DNA of 56,126 nt, counting the filler, from Sphacelaria rigidula (lineage: Eukaryota): the NCBI GenBank assembly GCA_964200075.2. It is 4 parts of 4 records of this genome, joined end to end, with 100 filler letters (N's around TTAATTAATTAA, not from the genome) between each part and the next. Parts side by side here need not be neighbours in the genome. Positions count along the whole stretch, not along the records: positions 1 to 13,957 come from CAXNAA020002552.1; positions 14,058 to 28,014 come from CAXNAA020002553.1; 2 more parts are not named here. The stretch is one strand, 5' to 3'. The notes under the pieces are model-generated. The model had not been told where the DNA came from. It saw only the letters and a list, made by a program, of their open reading frames with translations, and made no database searches. This document shows positions 13,424 through 25,926 of this stretch, one piece after another. Every line of letters begins with the position of its first letter. Position 1 is the first letter of the stretch. The translations under genes and the position numbers were made by a program.

Positions 13424-13686
13424 ACTACAACAATTCTATATCAATGAAGCTGGTGACATGACTTCTGGGAGAAAAGTTGTACTACTGCCGGACCTCAAAA
13501 ATTCTACATCAGTGAAATGAGGGATATGGCTCCTGGGAGAAAAGCTATACTACTGCCGGACTACAATAATTTATCTATGTAGGGGGATATGGCTCCTGGG
13601 TAAAACGTTACACTACTGCTGGACTACAACAATTCCGTATGATTGAGGGGGGGAATATGACTCCTGGAAGAAAAAGTTGCACTACT
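13424..13686. repeat. Minisatellite, about 4 units of 62-70 bp
   Basis: Unit GGACTACAACAATTC..ATATGGCTCCTGGGAGAAAAG.T..ACTACTGCC. Confidence 0.85.
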
Positions 13687-13957
13687 CGATACGAGCTGGG
13701 CCAGAAGTATGTGCCGCATTTGCATCTCTAACCATAACTCGTCAAGTTTACCAAATCAGCTCAACTCGAGCATATCGCTGTGGTAATGCACGGCACCGCC
13801 GCTGATCGATTAGCAAAGTTTTGGCGACGAGGTTATTGTACTGCATTGAGGACCGGGAACGTCTCGTGTCGTTGCGTGATAGCGTGTCTGATGACTTTTC
13901 GTTTCATGAAATGCGGTGGAATTACGGTCGGGAATTGCGCCGCACAGGCACGCGTTG

Positions 13958-14057
13958 NNNNNNNNNNNNNNNNNNNNNNNNNNNNNNNNNNNNNNNNNNN
14001 NTTAATTAATTAANNNNNNNNNNNNNNNNNNNNNNNNNNNNNNNNNNNNNNNNNNNN
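13958..14057. other. Artificial contig linker (N44-TTAATTAATTAA-N44)
   Basis: 100-bp spacer with a six-frame stop linker at 14002-14013; identical to the other two linkers. Confidence 0.98.
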
Positions 14058-14457
14058 TTATCCAAATAAAAAAAATCTCGTGAAAAGAAAAGAAAAAAAA
14101 AAAAAAGGAAGTTGTGGGGGTTTGAAATTTCAGCAAAACCAAGATAATGTCATAAGTCCGGGAAAAAATGAAAGTCGTCGAATTGGGCCGTGCGTGCAAC
14201 GTTTTGCGTGACGCTGCTGCACCCCTATAACTCAAGTGATGGAAGACTCCAATTACGGAGATCATGAGTTCGAATCCCGACAGATTCTCTTTTTTTTTTC
14301 GTCCGTCGTCAAGGTCATATATTATGCAGTACATTTTTTTTTCCTTCATTCAGCGGCGGTGCCGTGTGTCACCAGGTTGGTCTACACTTCACAGTGATAT
14401 GCTTACATCGGCTTCATTCGGGAAACTGGGGAAGCTTTTGAGGTGGCCCAGCTCGTA
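14058..14457. mobile_element. Partial copy (right part) of the same Tc1/mariner-type MITE
   Basis: Close similarity to about 48100-48534; ends TGGCCCAGCTCG|TA. Confidence 0.7.
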
Positions 14458-15253
14458 CAGTCCGTCATTCACGCCAATGGTAGAAATTAGCAAAGGATCC
14501 AGAATCTCACAAAACAAAATCACAATTTGGTGATCAATACGAACGTATGTATATAAACATATATATATGTATATGTAAATATACGGTGCTCCCAAGAGGG
14601 GATGCGGACCGCGCGGGAAACACGATTTCACACCCTGAACAACAGATCACGTTTTGTCAAAAAGTGTACTGCGTACAGTATTGGATCTATTGTCTATTGC
14701 AAAAGACAGTAGTCAATACTGTACGCAGTACACTTTTTGACAATGTTATGTATTGCCATTATCCGGGGTGTGCACGATATCTTCTTTTTTTTTGGCATCA
14801 TAATCGGGAGTGGTGCTCGCAAACATAAGAGGAGATGCCCAGGGGTGCTGTACAGCAGCGTTTGGATTACGCCGGCTCTAAAAACGATAGAAAAAAAAGG
14901 GGAGAACAAAATGGTGAGAATCAGAAAAGTTGTGACGAGCAGCCCACCTGTGGCAACCATTTTATGTTCTAGCTCGGCATTCTCGTTGGATTGCTTTCCC
15001 CTTCCCACAAAAGTTACTTGTTCTATTTTTCGAGTAATTATTGTGACAAATCAGTCAGCATGATATTGCGGAAGGGATTATCAACTGCAAACCCAACAAC
15101 GGACCAGGATGGAGAAGAAAGTTTTTTTTTGTGGCACAAGGGCGGCATATTGATGATACAATATATGGGTGCATAAATGTATGATAATTGCGATGGGATG
15201 GGCTCGTAGTTGTGTTGTTTTGTTTTTAGAAAGGGGTCTACCTACCTATATTT

Positions 15254-15458
15254 CAAGGGCAGGTCGAGTAGAGTATACTCAATTGCGGGGTATTTTTTAA
15301 GACGTACTTGGGGTACTCAAGTTAGGGTAGAGTCTTGGGAGTCGTACCCCAAAAATACCTGGGAAGCGATTCCTGAAACCCTACCCCCAATTTGTGTACT
15401 CCATGTACGACTTTCGAAATACCCCGCAATTGAGTATACTCTACTCGACCTACCCTTG
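15254..15458. mobile_element. hAT-type foldback MITE, 205 bp, copy 1
   Basis: Long TIR CAAGGGCAGGTCGAGTAGAGTATACTCAATTGCGGGGTATTT; perfect 8-bp TSD CTATATTT (15246-15253, 15459-15466). Confidence 0.92.
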
Positions 15459-16394
15459 CTATATTTGGTACCTCAGCAAGAAAAGTACAGACAGAACAAC
15501 AAGTGTATAAATCGGTGTAAAATTATTGGGATGGGGTGTACATTCTGTTCTTTTGGGTTGTTTTGGACAAGGGGAAGATAATATACATTATAAGTATATA
15601 AAAATTAATTAATTAATTAATTAATTGGTTGGTTGGTTGGGATGGAATGGATGGTTGGATGGTTGGTTGAATTTTATTTTTCGGACAAGGGAAAGACAAT
15701 AATGGATGATATGCGTGGGCTGCTCGTCAGGATCCTTCTCACCCTCACAATATATTTCTCATTTTTTCTCTTGTTCAGACCCAGCCCTACCAGCGCGGTA
15801 AAATCGACCGGTGATTTTTATTCCGAAGAGATGTCTGGGGACCGATGGGAGATTAAAGAGATATATACGGTTGTGCGACGAGAAGCTAAAAAAATCAAGT
15901 TTCTTTTTATCGCAAAGCAGTATAGAAGAGTCGAGACGAAGGCAACACCATGAGCGCTAAGGCGATAGGTCGGTAGATGAATGGGTCCATATAACATTTT
16001 GTCCCCGTGCTGCCTTACGTGGGCCAAAGTCCTTGGCATCTGGAATTGACCGTGGCGGGTGCCCCGCGACGAAGAAAGCTTGCTTACCCTTCGACACATC
16101 ATCACAAAATCTATGGTTGACACGGGCTTTTTCTTTTTCATTTTCAAGACTTTCGGAGAGAGCTGCACGGATGGGAAACATCAATCTCTTTAGTAATTGA
16201 GTAGTCCCTTCGACTGCATTCCACTCCTCTCCACCGTCTACAGTACAGGGAAAACCCCACGATAAACTAATTTGTATCTTCGGCGTAGTTGCATTCGATT
16301 GATTCGTCCCAGCGGACACGGACACACGTACACACACAAAAGCATGCATAAACGAAAAGATAATATCATTGGACATTCATTCGTAGAACCTACT

Positions 16395-16599
16395 CAAGGG
16401 CAGGTCGAGTAGAGTGTACTCAATCGCGGGGCATTTTAACGGGCAGACGTGGGGTACTCAAATGAGGGTAGAGTATTGGGAGTCGTACCCGAAAAATAAC
16501 TGGAAAGCGATCCCTGAGACCCTACCCCCAATCTGTGTACTTCAAGTACGACTTTCAAAATACCCCGCAATTGAGTATACTCTACTCGACCTGCCCTTG
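16395..16599. mobile_element. hAT-type foldback MITE, 205 bp, copy 2
   Basis: Same element; perfect 8-bp TSD AACCTACT (16387-16394, 16600-16607). Confidence 0.92.
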
Positions 16600-17817
16600 A
16601 ACCTACTACAGTGTGATTCCGCGATAGCACCTCCCCAAAACCAGCCCCGTATCTGTCACGAATAAAACCGTCATGCAGCGCGTGATAGCCTGTTTCATCT
16701 TTTATCCGGAGCCCCTTGTACGGACGACATTGGCGAAAACGATCAAACGCATGGGAATTCCCAGCTTCTCGGCGTGCTAGACTTTCGTCGTTTTGGTTCA
16801 CACGTAGACTCTGTCTCCTCGAACCAGCCATTCTTCTGACGGAGGCTATCACGACACCCAGGAACATTATACATATATATATATATATATTAAGGTGATA
16901 CCGTCAAAATTTGCACCGTCGCCGTCAACACACAGATGTGCGGGTGAAGGAGGCCAGGCCGAAGCGGCTGCTGAGCACGCTACCCGAGCCCTTCAGACTG
17001 TGAGCCCCTGGAAATATCGAAATATCTGAGTATGATAGTCCACACAAAACCAAGTGTGTGCCAACCATGGATTTGCGTAGCCGGGTTCGCCTGAACTTTA
17101 CTAAGTAGGCGGTAGACATATTTTCGTTTCTCAATATCAAAAACGAGCGGATATTTTCTCGAGCACGTGTGTGGGGACTTTACCAGGCGGGAGGCACGTT
17201 TTCGTTCTTCAATATCAAAAACGAGCATGTACTTCTCAAGCACAGGTGAGGGGGAAGGGACCCTTGTCTGCATACAATCACGGCGCGCTTTCGGGCCGTT
17301 ACTGCGGCAGGAGCCCCCAACACCGTATATTTTGAATCGACCCTTCGAGGGTCAAGTGGTTCGGTCCATGCATCATACTATCGATGCATCCTTTGCTATT
17401 TTGTTCATACAGTAATAGTATTTTCTTTTCGTTTCTGCACAACGAGTGAACAAAAAAAAAGGGGGCTCACGACAAACACGACATGAACCACCTCCGTAAC
17501 CTAAACAAGCAGAACCAAAAACAACCTACAACGTTGAACCGTTACCAACGGATCACCGACCAGACTAGAGGTAAAAAAAAAAACGGGTTTCGGTAGGTCT
17601 CATTTTATTCCAACAAAAATAACGAAGAAGCACCACAAGGAGAATCCCTGTACATGATCCGGACAGTCAATACTCTTCATCTTGACAGCCAAGTGCAGTC
17701 AGCAAGTCCAATATCTTGTTTCCGTCGCAACACTGAAACGACATCAGTAGGCCTGAGCTTCGAACCGAGTCATATTCACCTGATCCGCCAGACTAACAAA
17801 GCACATTCCCGCGGTAC

Positions 17818-18509
17818 CTTGCGTCCCATCCCCTCCGCCCCTCCCGCCCTTCCGGCCGCGGCTACTATTACCGTTGCTGCCGGTCCCTCTGCTTCCCGCA
17901 GGGGTGCCGCGCGCGCCTTCTCTCGACGACAAGCCCGATCCGCCTCTTACCGACTCGTACAGGAGTCGCCCGCCGGCCCCCAGCAAGTTACCCGATCGCA
18001 AGAATTCCTGGATAACGCGATTGCCGGGGGTCTTGGTCATGCCGGGTAAGCCGTTCGCAGATTTCCACTGGTGGGGAGCCAACGACAGAGATGGCGATCG
18101 GCTCGTTGTTGTTGTTGTCGTTGCTGTCGCTGTTGTCGGTAGTGTAGATGGTGTTTTTGTTGCTGCTGGTCCTTGCTGTCGTCGCGGTTCTTCCTGAGGG
18201 GGTGGGGGTGGTCGTTGCTGTTGGTGCCGGCTGTGGAGTAGGTCGGCCTGTGGACCCAACTGTCCCGACGAGGACGACGCAGATCCGGTGGTATCTATCG
18301 GTAGTATCCTTTGATCCGGCCCGCGCGGTTCGCCGCCTCTTTGACGTACTGGGTCGTCCACAGATTCGGCGTTGAATCGCCGCTGTTGCTGTGAGAGACC
18401 CGCCGGGAGGATTTCCACCCAAAGGAGGCCCACGTCCGGTCCGGTTGCGGCGTCCAGGAAGCGTGCAAGTGCTTCGCGGCCCTGGCGGGTGCTGGCCCAT
18501 CCAGATCCG
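17818..18509 (-). CDS. PFK-2-like protein, exon C (3' boundary uncertain)
   Basis: Joins exon B in frame: DAG|GSGWASTRQGREALARFL...VGLLWVEI, like PFK-2 DATNST.ERR..L...VLFIES; followed by about 200 aa of Q/P/T/G-rich sequence. Confidence 0.65.
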
Positions 18510-19720
18510 CTGGGGTTCGGTTGACCAATCGTAGCGCGTGCGCGGACAGGGGCCATGGGTAAGGAAGGGCCTTGAACGCCTACATATCCGACTGCCTTCA
18601 CTCAAGACGAGCTTCTCGGGAGTACGTTTGCTTTGTTGCTCCGTGTTATTCTATGTCCGATATTCTACCATTTCGAGAAGGGGGGGGGGGGGGACATACT
18701 CATTTGATGCTTGCCTTACTTTTGCTGTGTGCCTTAGTCGTTNNNNNNNNNNCTTGTTATTCTATGCTCGTTTTTCTACCATCTAGTGCAGTGGGGGGGG
18801 GGGACATACTCATTTGATGCTTGCCTTACATTTGATGCTTGCCTTAGTCGTTTGAGCATTGGCCACGCATCCCTTTAGAGGCGGACGGACGGACGGACGG
18901 GGGTATTACACACTCTGGAAAATGACCATAACTCTTGCACGGCCAAGGCTTGGGAATCTTTGCTGCGGAAGAATTCGTACCTCAAAATCAAGTCAGAAAA
19001 CGCTCGCGTCGGCCTAGACAGACTCACCGGAAAATGATCACTCCGTAGTATCATACGGCTGCTGAAAACCAACGGACGACAATAATTCCTGAAGTATCAT
19101 TTCGGTGCCCCACACAAAACATCGCAGATCGCATGAACACGTAGGTCGCCGCGACCCCGCGGTAAGAGTGATAATATCGACACTGGGGATGGACGAATTC
19201 ACTGGGCTGGAGTACCGAGAGTACTGTCATTTCCCGGTTTTCGTCGTCTACAGAAAAAAAAATAGAGAGAGTACGTGAGATGGAAAAAAACGACAAAAAA
19301 AAACAGCAGTCTACCCCGTTCGGCGCCACCAAGCAATGAATCAACTAATTTTATACTTTATTTTAGTGTAGACCATCGCATTCGGATATTTACCGGGCTC
19401 ACAGTCCCAAGTGTGGCGTGACACAAGTGTGGCGTGACATCACCTCGACAGCGTACCGATTAGTTGAGTGGATCTTCAGGATCGCGCCAATGCGTGTATG
19501 TACCAAATCACTGAACTACTGTTGAGAGCATGGGAAGTGGGAAGGTTGCAAGCTGGCGGGCATCTGTCTCACGCTAGCACACTTTGCAACGAGCTAGCAG
19601 AGAGGAGACTACACAGTACAGCCACATTTCGTTCCTGTTCCGATACGAGGAATCAGGTACCCCCCCTTGCCCCCCTGTATGAGTTTGCGACCTGAAGAGA
19701 AAGGTTAGGTGTTCTCTCAC

Positions 19721-19823
19721 CCGGCGTCGATGACGGCGACGCCTCCTTCGAGTCCCGCAAGCCAGCTGGCCACTGCCTTCGCAGATTCCTGTACAGCGAT
19801 GGTCATGAGAGCCGCCGCCTTGC
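19721..19823 (-). CDS. PFK-2-like protein, exon B
   Basis: GKAAALMTIAVQESAKAVASWLAGLEGGVAVIDAG resembles the PFK-2 ..WL..GG.VA(I/V)FDATN segment; starts in phase 1 matching exon A, ends in phase 2. Confidence 0.72.
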
Positions 19824-20761
19824 CTGCAAACAACACGTCGGTAGAGATAGGCGGCCAAGATATACGTCGAAAAAGACAAAAACAAGTAGATGAAAAAAAA
19901 GGAAATATTCCAATGTTGACGCAGTACACACACCAAGGCACGCCAAATCATACAGGGGACCAAATCCTCATTGAGAGAGATGGAGCAAATACTCACTGTG
20001 TTCCGCACTATCGATGTAAGAGGTGCGCCTCTTCACACGTGCTTGTGAAAAGAGCTGTTTGGGTCTCCAAAGACGCCCATGAATGGAAGCTATCCCTCTC
20101 CGTGAGTGCTGGAACGAAGATCATCACAAATTATGGAAAATGACACCCCTTCGGTGGTACACACTTGGGGATCAACAACGCCATCATACACACACACAGA
20201 AAAAAAACTAGCAACGCGATACTTGCGGTACCACTGCGGCCACAAAAAATGTTTCGCTCGGACAACCTTGAGCACTTCTATCGATTGAACTACCTTCCGC
20301 GAGCCAACAGGATCGTGGCTGCGGAGATACTCGCTCAGGACGTGTCGTCCGCGCCCAGGGGCGTTCTCAACGGAAGAATACTTACTCCGCACGACCGGAC
20401 AAATTATCATCAAGCGTCGACAGAGGAGGATGAAACTCTGCTGCCCCCCCCGTCGCGCGTAACCGTAGAGAATGCGCGCATGTTGTTCAGTGTGCGAGCA
20501 CTAATAGCATCGTACAGACACAACCAGGGTTTCCATTTTGTTTTCGCCTCGGTTACATCTACCATATAGCTACGGCTGGGTCCCTGGGGAATGAGCTAAA
20601 GGGCGACGGTCGATCAATCAATCCATCAGTCAATCAAGTCAGCTTCCCGCATAGGGCACCCTAAAGCCCACGGGTAAAAATGGACCATCATAGGCAAGGT
20701 TTCTACAGCAGAGCACGTGCCGCAGTACAGCAAGCACTACGAAAGGACATTCGTATTGTGC

Positions 20762-20765
<4 letters not shown>

Positions 20766-20807
<42 letters not shown>
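20766..20807. repeat. (AC)n microsatellite immediately after the exon A donor
   Basis: Direct inspection. Confidence 0.95.
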
Positions 20808-20810
<3 letters not shown>

Positions 20811-21345
20811 CTCGGTCACTGAATGTATATCGGTCGCTCAGACCCGCTCCATCATCTTCCTCCTCTTCCCTCGCCCTGTCCTCACGCGTCTCTGGAAGAC
20901 GACCAAACCCAACTTTCGCAACATCACTGCCACCATTCACAATATCGCTGGCGCCATTCGCGCCATACCTGGCGTCACCACTACGGCCTCCAAGGTGTCC
21001 ATCACCGCCGGAGAATGCCGCGATACCACTTTCCCGACTCTTGGCCCCTCCCCCACCGTTTGTCGTCGCACCCCGAGCTCCCTCTTCTCCATGCATTCTC
21101 CCGTTAGTATCACTCGGCGGCCTACTGACAAGCGGATCGCTGCAGGAAATATCCACCATCGCGACATGTTGAAAATGTAGCTGCTGCTGCTCCCGCCCCC
21201 GCTCTCCCGTGTTGTTGGTCGTGGCTGTGCCTTTGTGTGGGCTGGTGTCTCGTGGTCGTGGTGACTGTTGACCGGACATGGCAAAATGCTTCCTCGCTAA
21301 GTTGGACCATCGCAGGTATCGCATAAGCTTGTTCACCACATAGCT
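20811..21345 (-). CDS. 6-phosphofructo-2-kinase (PFK-2/F2KP)-like protein, exon A
   Basis: Begins SYVVNKLMRYLRWSNLARKHF, resembling the PFK-2 segment right after Walker A (KL.RYLRW...KHFNVG), then a long low-complexity insert; CAG| acceptor, G|GTATGT donor, phase 1. Confidence 0.7.
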
Positions 21346-22959
21346 CTGGAGGAAGGGGGGAACAATGACCATTGGGGTAGGGGGAGGGTACATGTGAAGA
21401 AAGCTAAGAGAAATACGGGCATCAATCCAAGCTTCCATCATTATTCATCGTTGTATCAGACGTGTTGCACCATATGGAAACGAGAAGAGGAAAAAAAAAA
21501 AAAACGGAAGGTGGCGTTTTCGCTGACTGCGCGTCAGAATTTTGTGATTTTCCATGGTAGATGCCAAACTTTGACGATGGTGTGACCGAGCACGGCGCAT
21601 TGATTCCAGGCGCGCCTTTGCTCTTGGCATGTCAGGGGCATGATGAAGGAGTTCAGCAGCTGCAGCAAATATTTTTGTTCACCCCAGATGGTGGAGAACA
21701 CGAGCTGCAACAGATCACCCGAGAATACAGTGAGAGCGAATATGGTTGACTCAAAGACAACCGGTCGTGTTCCCAGCAGTCACACCAACCTGCACGAAGC
21801 TTGCCCGCGCCCACCGACCGGCATGAAGCATACACGAGAACTGGAGGCGATGAACCAAGTTTATAGCACTCCACGGCTACACCAGTTTCTACTTCGCCAA
21901 CAACCGCGATGCTAGTCAGTCACACGATAGCTGCAGACAACACTACAGCGCTTTATGTTTTTGCCGAAAGCAGAACACTTGGAGACAATCCCGAGTCCTC
22001 ATATGGAATATCCATACACAACCACAAATATCCTACATTTTGTCAGGCTGAAAGATACGCTAGCCGTTGGTGTTGAATTCCTTTACTTTGCGTTGCTTTC
22101 TGCTGTAAAATCACTTCATATTTATACTGGATGATGACCATCGCCGTTTTGTTCGAAAAACTGCCAGCACGGAACAATCCATCAAGTGACAATTCTGACG
22201 TGCTGCGCCCGAGAATTCGTCGGTGAAATCTGATGAAACCTCCAACACCGGCCGCAGAGATCTCTTGCCTTCCCACGGGTACCGGGTCAATTTTTCGTTC
22301 CACGCATTCTTAGCTCCGCAAGAGCTGCACAAGGCAAGGTCTCGCCGGGAAAATATATCGTGCAGTTGTGATTCCAATAGATGGATTATGTTCTGATTTA
22401 TTTTTACTATTGTCACTATTCCCCGGAGTATGCTCCGTTTCTGGATAACCGATTACGTTACTGAACCCAAGTAAAAGTAGATGGCGGCGCAGTCATTGGG
22501 CTGGGGATGAGGTCGTCATGTGAAGGCCTGCCAGCCGCACCGTTCTCCAGACAATCTCCCGCAAATATATTGTGCACTTGTTGCATTTCTTCACTTTGGT
22601 AGGGGGGGGGGGGGGGGCATCACATAGTTTAAACCAAATAAGGCCCCCAATGCGACGGGCTCCACACAAGGGNNNNNNNNNNCTACTTCCTCCTCCCCTT
22701 TTTTTTTTTTGGGTTTTTTGTTGTTTTGTCGTGGGGGGGGGGGGGGGGGGGGGGGGGGGCATCACATAGTTTAAACCAAATAGTGCCTACAATGCGACTG
22801 GCTCTCAAGACGAGTACCGTTAAAATGCGGATTTCTCAGCCCGATCATTCGACGACGCGGATGGTGCCAGTGTCGGAGAGGGTGTCGGCAGGAAGATATC
22901 GGGGCAATCGCCGGAAAACGGTATACCTGCACGCCTGCATTTTCGCCAAAACCAGGCAT

Positions 22960-24545
22960 AGCTGACAAACCCCTTTGGCGAAACAACAATTGATTGGCCG
23001 AATCGCGCCGCCAACGCCTTCTGGCGAACGGCACGCGTGGTGTACCTGTCAGTGCCAACTCGATTTGGCTTTCACCTGTTTTTGGCGATGGTTTCACCGG
23101 TTTTGGGGAGGTATCGATCTGCCTAACCGCAGGTTTCCGGTCAGCCCCCAAAACATGCACATGTCACCATACCCTTCGTTGTAGACCTCGGAAATGGTAC
23201 CAGTTATAACTGGCCATTATCATTATAATGGCGATAATGGTAATGGCTATACGACAATTTTGGATAATGGTTTCAAACCATTAGTGACCGTTACCGGCCA
23301 CGTATGCTACATACAGCCCTTGACAATTGGCCCAAATTTAAGGAGTTTTGTTGCTTTAGTGAAGCCAGATTGCGTAAAAACGTGCCTCCGGCACGGCACC
23401 TCCAGCGGGACCCTGCGGGGACGCCTCCGGCGCCCCCCCCTCTGACCGGGTGGGGTTTTTTGGCTGGCGGCTGCACCGCTCGATGACCAAACCATTATGT
23501 ACCATTTCACTGGTTAATAAGTGCGCTATGCGTAACCATTCAACTACTTAATGGTTAGAGAAACCATTTCCGAGCTCTACTTCGTTGCCTTTCGACGGCT
23601 ACTCGTGAAATATCGAGAGTTCGGTTCTGTCAACTCGACCACCATCATCCCAACCCATGGAGGGCCCTACCCATAATCACGCTGTGGTTCCACAGCTTCG
23701 AAGAAGATGGGCAATCACAGTATATCACGGCAGAGCAATATGGAAACGGGTAATGAGGGGTGTCGATTCAACCAACAGATGAGATATGAGAACGACAGCT
23801 AGCTTTTGCTCACACCCCAAAAAGCAGTGCAAACCTTACGAGTCACGACTAACGTCAAAGCGCATCACTGTGCAGTCAGGTAACCGTGCCCCCCGCTTGT
23901 TGCCGACCACCTTGCGGACAACGACAGGCGGTAGACAGGTCTAGGCTGAACCGAAACACAACAGGCCGTACCCGAACAGGCAGAGATTCCTATGTAAAGG
24001 CCATAGCCTGCTATGAAAAAGAGCGACGCAAAAAAGAACGGGCGGGAGCCCCCCTAGGTCGGAGGCTGTGAATGCAGTGAGACTAGAGTGCCCGTGTTCA
24101 TGTTTGACTTTTTCACCTCGGGCACTGACATATTCTACTTGAGATGTTCCTAGTAGGATGACCGTGCGTTTTGGACTATGACTGTGTACCCAATTGATTT
24201 GCCGTGAGCTCTTTGCCCGTCCTATTCGAAGCTGTGGAACTACCGCTTGATTCTGAGTAGGGTCCCTCCATGGGTTGGGATGGTGGGGGTCGGATTGACA
24301 AAACCAAACTCCCGATGTTTGACGGTCAGCCGTCGAACGGTAGCAAAGCGTATGGTGACTTGTTCATGTCTTGGGGCTGGCCGGGAACCCACGTTCAGGC
24401 AGATCGATACCCCAAAACCGGTGAAGTCGTCGCCAGAAACCGTTGAAAGCCGGATTGAGTTGTCACTATATAGGCACACGGCGCGCGTCTTTCGTCAGAA
24501 GGTGTTGGCGGCGCGATTTGGCCAAACAGGCGACTTCATTTGACA
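22960..24545. repeat. Pair of inverted repeat copies (about 22960-23701 and 24225-24545)
   Basis: ..CATCCCAACCCATGGAGGG..CCACAGCTTCGAA vs TTCGAAGCTGTGG..CCCTCCATGGGTTGGGATG; the left copy is split by the hAT MITE at 23182-23579. Confidence 0.75.
23182..23579. mobile_element. hAT-type MITE, 398 bp
   Basis: TIR TAGACCTCGGAAATGGT / ACCATTTCCGAGCTCTA; perfect 8-bp TSD CTTCGTTG; repeated AATGG/CCATT subterminal motifs. Confidence 0.9.
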
Positions 24546-25709
24546 CTTCCTACGATACCCCCCTCCAAAACAGTGCAGGGTTTGGGGAGGCAAAATCTCC
24601 ACATAAATTAAGATGGAAAATCCGAGCACAACGAGCAGCTGGGAATTTCGACGCTTGGGTTCGTTCTCGCCGATGTCGCCCACATGATGCGCTTCATGCA
24701 GCCTGAACCCCAATATCATGCGTTGTATGTCCATATTTTTCGCGACACTTTTAAGCTGTTTTTTTTCCGGGAGGGGGGCTACCGTAGAAAGTGTCATTTG
24801 TTGTTCTCCTGCAGGGGGTTGTCAGGGTATGTCTACGCACATTTTTTTCTATCGGGAACTGATTTGAGCGAAATTCGCCCATTTTTCTCGAGTTGGGTCC
24901 AAGCTAATGCTGAGGCTTTCGATCGAAAAAAGACGGTAAAATTCGTGAAACGGTATATGGTCGCTTGTGTACAATACAGACAGCCTGCACTGTCTGCACT
25001 GTTTGCCTGCGGTGTGTCTTGCGTACGCGTATGCGTGTTTCGAACAGTAGAGCGTGAAAGAGAAGCGGGCAACGTCCGATGCGAACACCCCAGGACTATC
25101 TGTTCTCTCTGCTTACCATGCGACGTGAAAAGGGCTTCTACAAGGTACAGCTTTGTACTACCCGCACTGTCCATGAGCGTGTACGTAAGTCGGTTGCCCA
25201 TCTTACCACGCAGTTCCGTCGCTGATCCCTACCATGAAATAAGATGCTCAAGTTTTCGCCCAAAATAAACAAAACATATGCGACTACTGCAGTGTATATA
25301 TCCCTGTGCTCAACTCGTGCTCTATGCTGCAGGGTTCCGGTGGTAGCTGAGAGTGAGTTGTATGGAGTTTGCATGGTTCTGTGAACGAGTGGTATCTGGC
25401 GTGTCGGTCTGCAATATAGAAGTCAAGTGCCCCTTCGTGTCTTTCGACCGAAAAAGCTGAGCTTTCTTGTTTTTTAGTTCTTATCCGTGCGCCACTCATG
25501 ATAAAACGAGTTGAAGCATTCTAGGAACAGAAATGCGGTGGACCTATCAGATGGTTTCTTTTTCCCCACTGCACTTTTTCGATCGAAATAAAAATAAAAA
25601 TGCGAAGACATGCCCTCAGCTGTACCAGTTCTTGGCGATTGACCAAGAACTCGCAGAAGTCTTTCCAAAAACCGAACGATCAACTTCCGAACCGTTCTCG
25701 TTGTCGAGA

Positions 25710-25862
25710 TATCAAGAGGGGAAATGATTTCGCATCCCTGCACAATGACCAGAATTCTCAATTTCACGTCTTGTCCATTTTGTATCAAAAGGGGAAATGA
25801 TTTCGCATCCCTGCACAATGACCAGAATTCTCAATTTAACGTCTTGTCCATTTTGTATCAAA
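25710..25862. repeat. Tandem duplication, 73-bp unit x2
   Basis: GGGGAAATGATTTCGCATCCCTGCACAATGACCAGAATTCTCAATTT.ACGTCTTGTCCATTTTGTATCAAA occurs twice. Confidence 0.95.
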
Positions 25863-25926
25863 CTGATTTTCGTTTCGACCAAGAACACTACTGTTTATAC
25901 TACAGAACACTGTAGTTTTACAGTGC

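Noticed and set aside
13424..13686. Regularly spaced repeats resembling a CRISPR array
   Set aside because: The whole unit is repeated with divergence, there are no unique spacers or cas genes, and the context is eukaryotic: a minisatellite
15603..15626. TTAATTAATTAA run like the contig linker
   Set aside because: Not flanked by Ns and merges into (TTGG)n: a natural microsatellite
16040..16075. RHGQ motif on the minus strand as the bisphosphatase active site of the PFK-2-like gene
   Set aside because: Lacks the preceding hydrophobic strand and following conserved residues, and has no clear splice sites; likely chance
18645..18850. Tandem duplications flanking 10-N gaps (also 22600-22800)
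   Set aside because: They lie across gaps next to G-runs; may be scaffolding or haplotype overlap artefacts
19995..20440. Extra exons of the PFK-2-like gene
   Set aside because: Exon A splices in phase directly to exon B and these frames show no PFK-2 similarity; cannot be supported without RNA data
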